From the NCBI GenBank assembly GCA_965113315.1, contig OZ220373.1: DNA of 64,000 nt. One strand, 5' to 3'. Each line of letters starts with the position of its first letter. Within the stretch, counting starts at the first letter, position 1. The notes under the pieces are model-generated. The model was given only the letters and a program-made list of their open reading frames with translations. It was not told where the DNA came from and ran no database searches. The stretch comes from Podarcis vaucheri (taxonomy: Eukaryota). Below are positions 62,370 through 64,000 of this stretch, piece after piece. Position numbers and translations under genes: made by a program.

Positions 62370-64000
62370 ATTGAGGCCATGCACGCCTGAAGAGCCGAGG
62401 CAAGGAAACTGGCTGAACAAAACGCTCAGGTCGTCTCAACTGCGCGTCTCTCCCCGAGAGAGAAAGTTTTCAGCTGGAACTCGAGCTGATGCGATGTGGC
62501 ACCAAAGAGTCCTGCAACGATTCGTATTGTGGCTAGGGCAATTTCACAAGCTCAGAGCCACTGACGGGGAGGAAACGGGGAGATGCGGGCATTTTGGGTC
62601 AACAGAGGCAAGCTTAGCAATAACTCTTTGAAACTCCACACCGGATTGAACAAACATAGCAATTCGGTTATTCTGGTCCTTAGCCAACACATTTCCCATC
62701 CAGACATAGGCGCCAACTCCTAGGGGCCAAGGGGTCTTCGCCCCCCCCAATATCTGAGGGGCCCCCTCCCAAGTTGATGGGCACTGACTGCCATTCACAT
62801 AGTGTGCGTGCAGCGTGTCATGTGATCGATTATGTGGAGCGGGGCTTACCTGGGTCTTCACCCCCCCCCAACACACAAAATTTTGTTCAGGTTGGCACGC
62901 TTGTGCCCAGATACGCTGAAGTTGTGATTCTGCCATAAGGAAATGTATTTGGGAGGAAGTCCCGCTGAAGTTAGCAGGACGTGCCAATTCACAGCGCAAT
63001 CCAATATCATAGGGAAAGGTCAATGAACCATTTAGCCCAGCGTACTGTTCTCACAGATGCCCATGGAAAGCCTGCGAGGAGGACCCCAGGACAGGAGCCC
63101 CTCGCCCCAGCGGCCATTCCCAACAACTTTGCGCTCAGAAGCATTGCTGTTGCGTCTGACCCGATGGAACCATTAATGGCACCCTCCTCTCTGGGTTGGG
63201 TGTCATCACTACATCTTGCGGGAGCGAATTCCATAGAAATCCCAACTCATTTCCTTGGGTATCCTATACACCCACGTACCTTAAAATCAGTGGATATCTG
63301 AATAGACAGGATTGCGCTGTAAATGTGTTTTAAATGTAAGGTGCTGGCCAGGGTGACAGACTAAAGGAGAGACTTACACAGTTGGCTCTTGCGGGTTCCA
63401 TCATTCTCGTTATGTTTATTTCGTCTTGTTTTAATACCTTTGCTTCTGCGATTGATTTTATGGGCGTGTTGCGGAATAACGACACCCTTGTCGTTGTCAA
63501 GCGCGCTGAAATAAAAGAAACAAAACAAGAAAGCAAAATAAAACAACCTCAGAAGTTCTAAACGGGCGCGTTGCAGATACAGTAGTTCAACTGAATCCAG
63601 CGGGGATGGCCGAGACCCGCGCAATCCGATCCTATGCCCGTTTCTTGGGAAGCAAATCTCCTTGTTTACTCCCAGCCAAGTGCGTTCAGAACTGTAGCCT
63701 AAAAAATAGCTGGATTTTGAAAGAAGCCACCATGGAAAGTACTTCCTGGAGTCTTCATATGAAGAAATTCTGGCCGTAGCAGAACTTACTCTGCAAGGGC
63801 GCGATCCAGTTAACGTTACGTACTCTGAAGTCCTATTGGGACAGACGGTCTTTAATTCTCTCGCCGAAGCCAACGGGGTTTCAAAAAGTGGCCGATTTTT
63901 GGTTGGGCGATTCTGCGTTTCCCACAAGCACGAGTTTCTTCCAGAAATTTGGTGGGACTGGAATAAGGATCGACAGCCAAAATAGCCATGGACATTATTC

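Noticed and set aside
50515-63927. Many 130-190 aa ORFs on both strands
   Set aside because: Expected from stop-codon scarcity in GC-rich islands. They overlap, mostly start at non-ATG codons, and show no domains.
1-64000. MEF2C or TMEM161B coding exons, CRISPR arrays, rRNA, or prokaryote-type systems
   Set aside because: No matching peptides, no regularly spaced repeat-spacer arrays and no rRNA sequence. The syntenic neighbours must lie outside the window.

Overview
Vertebrate genomic DNA. The repeat content points to a squamate, most likely a lacertid lizard: a Squam3/Ther1-type SINE, a Sauria SINE, CR1, L2, RTE, hAT and Tc1/mariner MITEs. I find no conventional protein-coding gene; the ORF track is explained by repeats, microsatellites and GC-rich chance ORFs. 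The centre of the window is the mir-9-2 locus on the minus strand (hairpin 31538-31624, both mature arms intact). It sits inside the probable ~3.4 kb terminal exon (acceptor at 32399-32400, AATAAA at 29029-29034) of the LINC00461/MIR9-2HG (Visc-1) orthologue. Several candidate CpG-island promoters and first exons lie upstream, at about 33, 42, 45, 51-52.6 and 60 kb. Bases 1-28 kb are CpG-poor and transposon-rich, with an AT-rich enhancer-like block at 15.2-17.9 kb and a small CpG island at about 25 kb. Bases 30-64 kb are CpG-rich and almost free of LINEs and SINEs. Best leads: (1) a miR-9-5p site with extensive 3' pairing inside miR-9's own host exon, half-buried in a ~140-nt hairpin, which may be an autoregulatory or TDMD-like element; (2) a phase-0/phase-0 splice that would create a 68-aa ORF with a strong Kozak context and a hydrophobic N-terminus in this supposed lncRNA. 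Both are hypotheses from manual reading. No alignment, folding or database search was run, and family names come from recalled consensus sequences.
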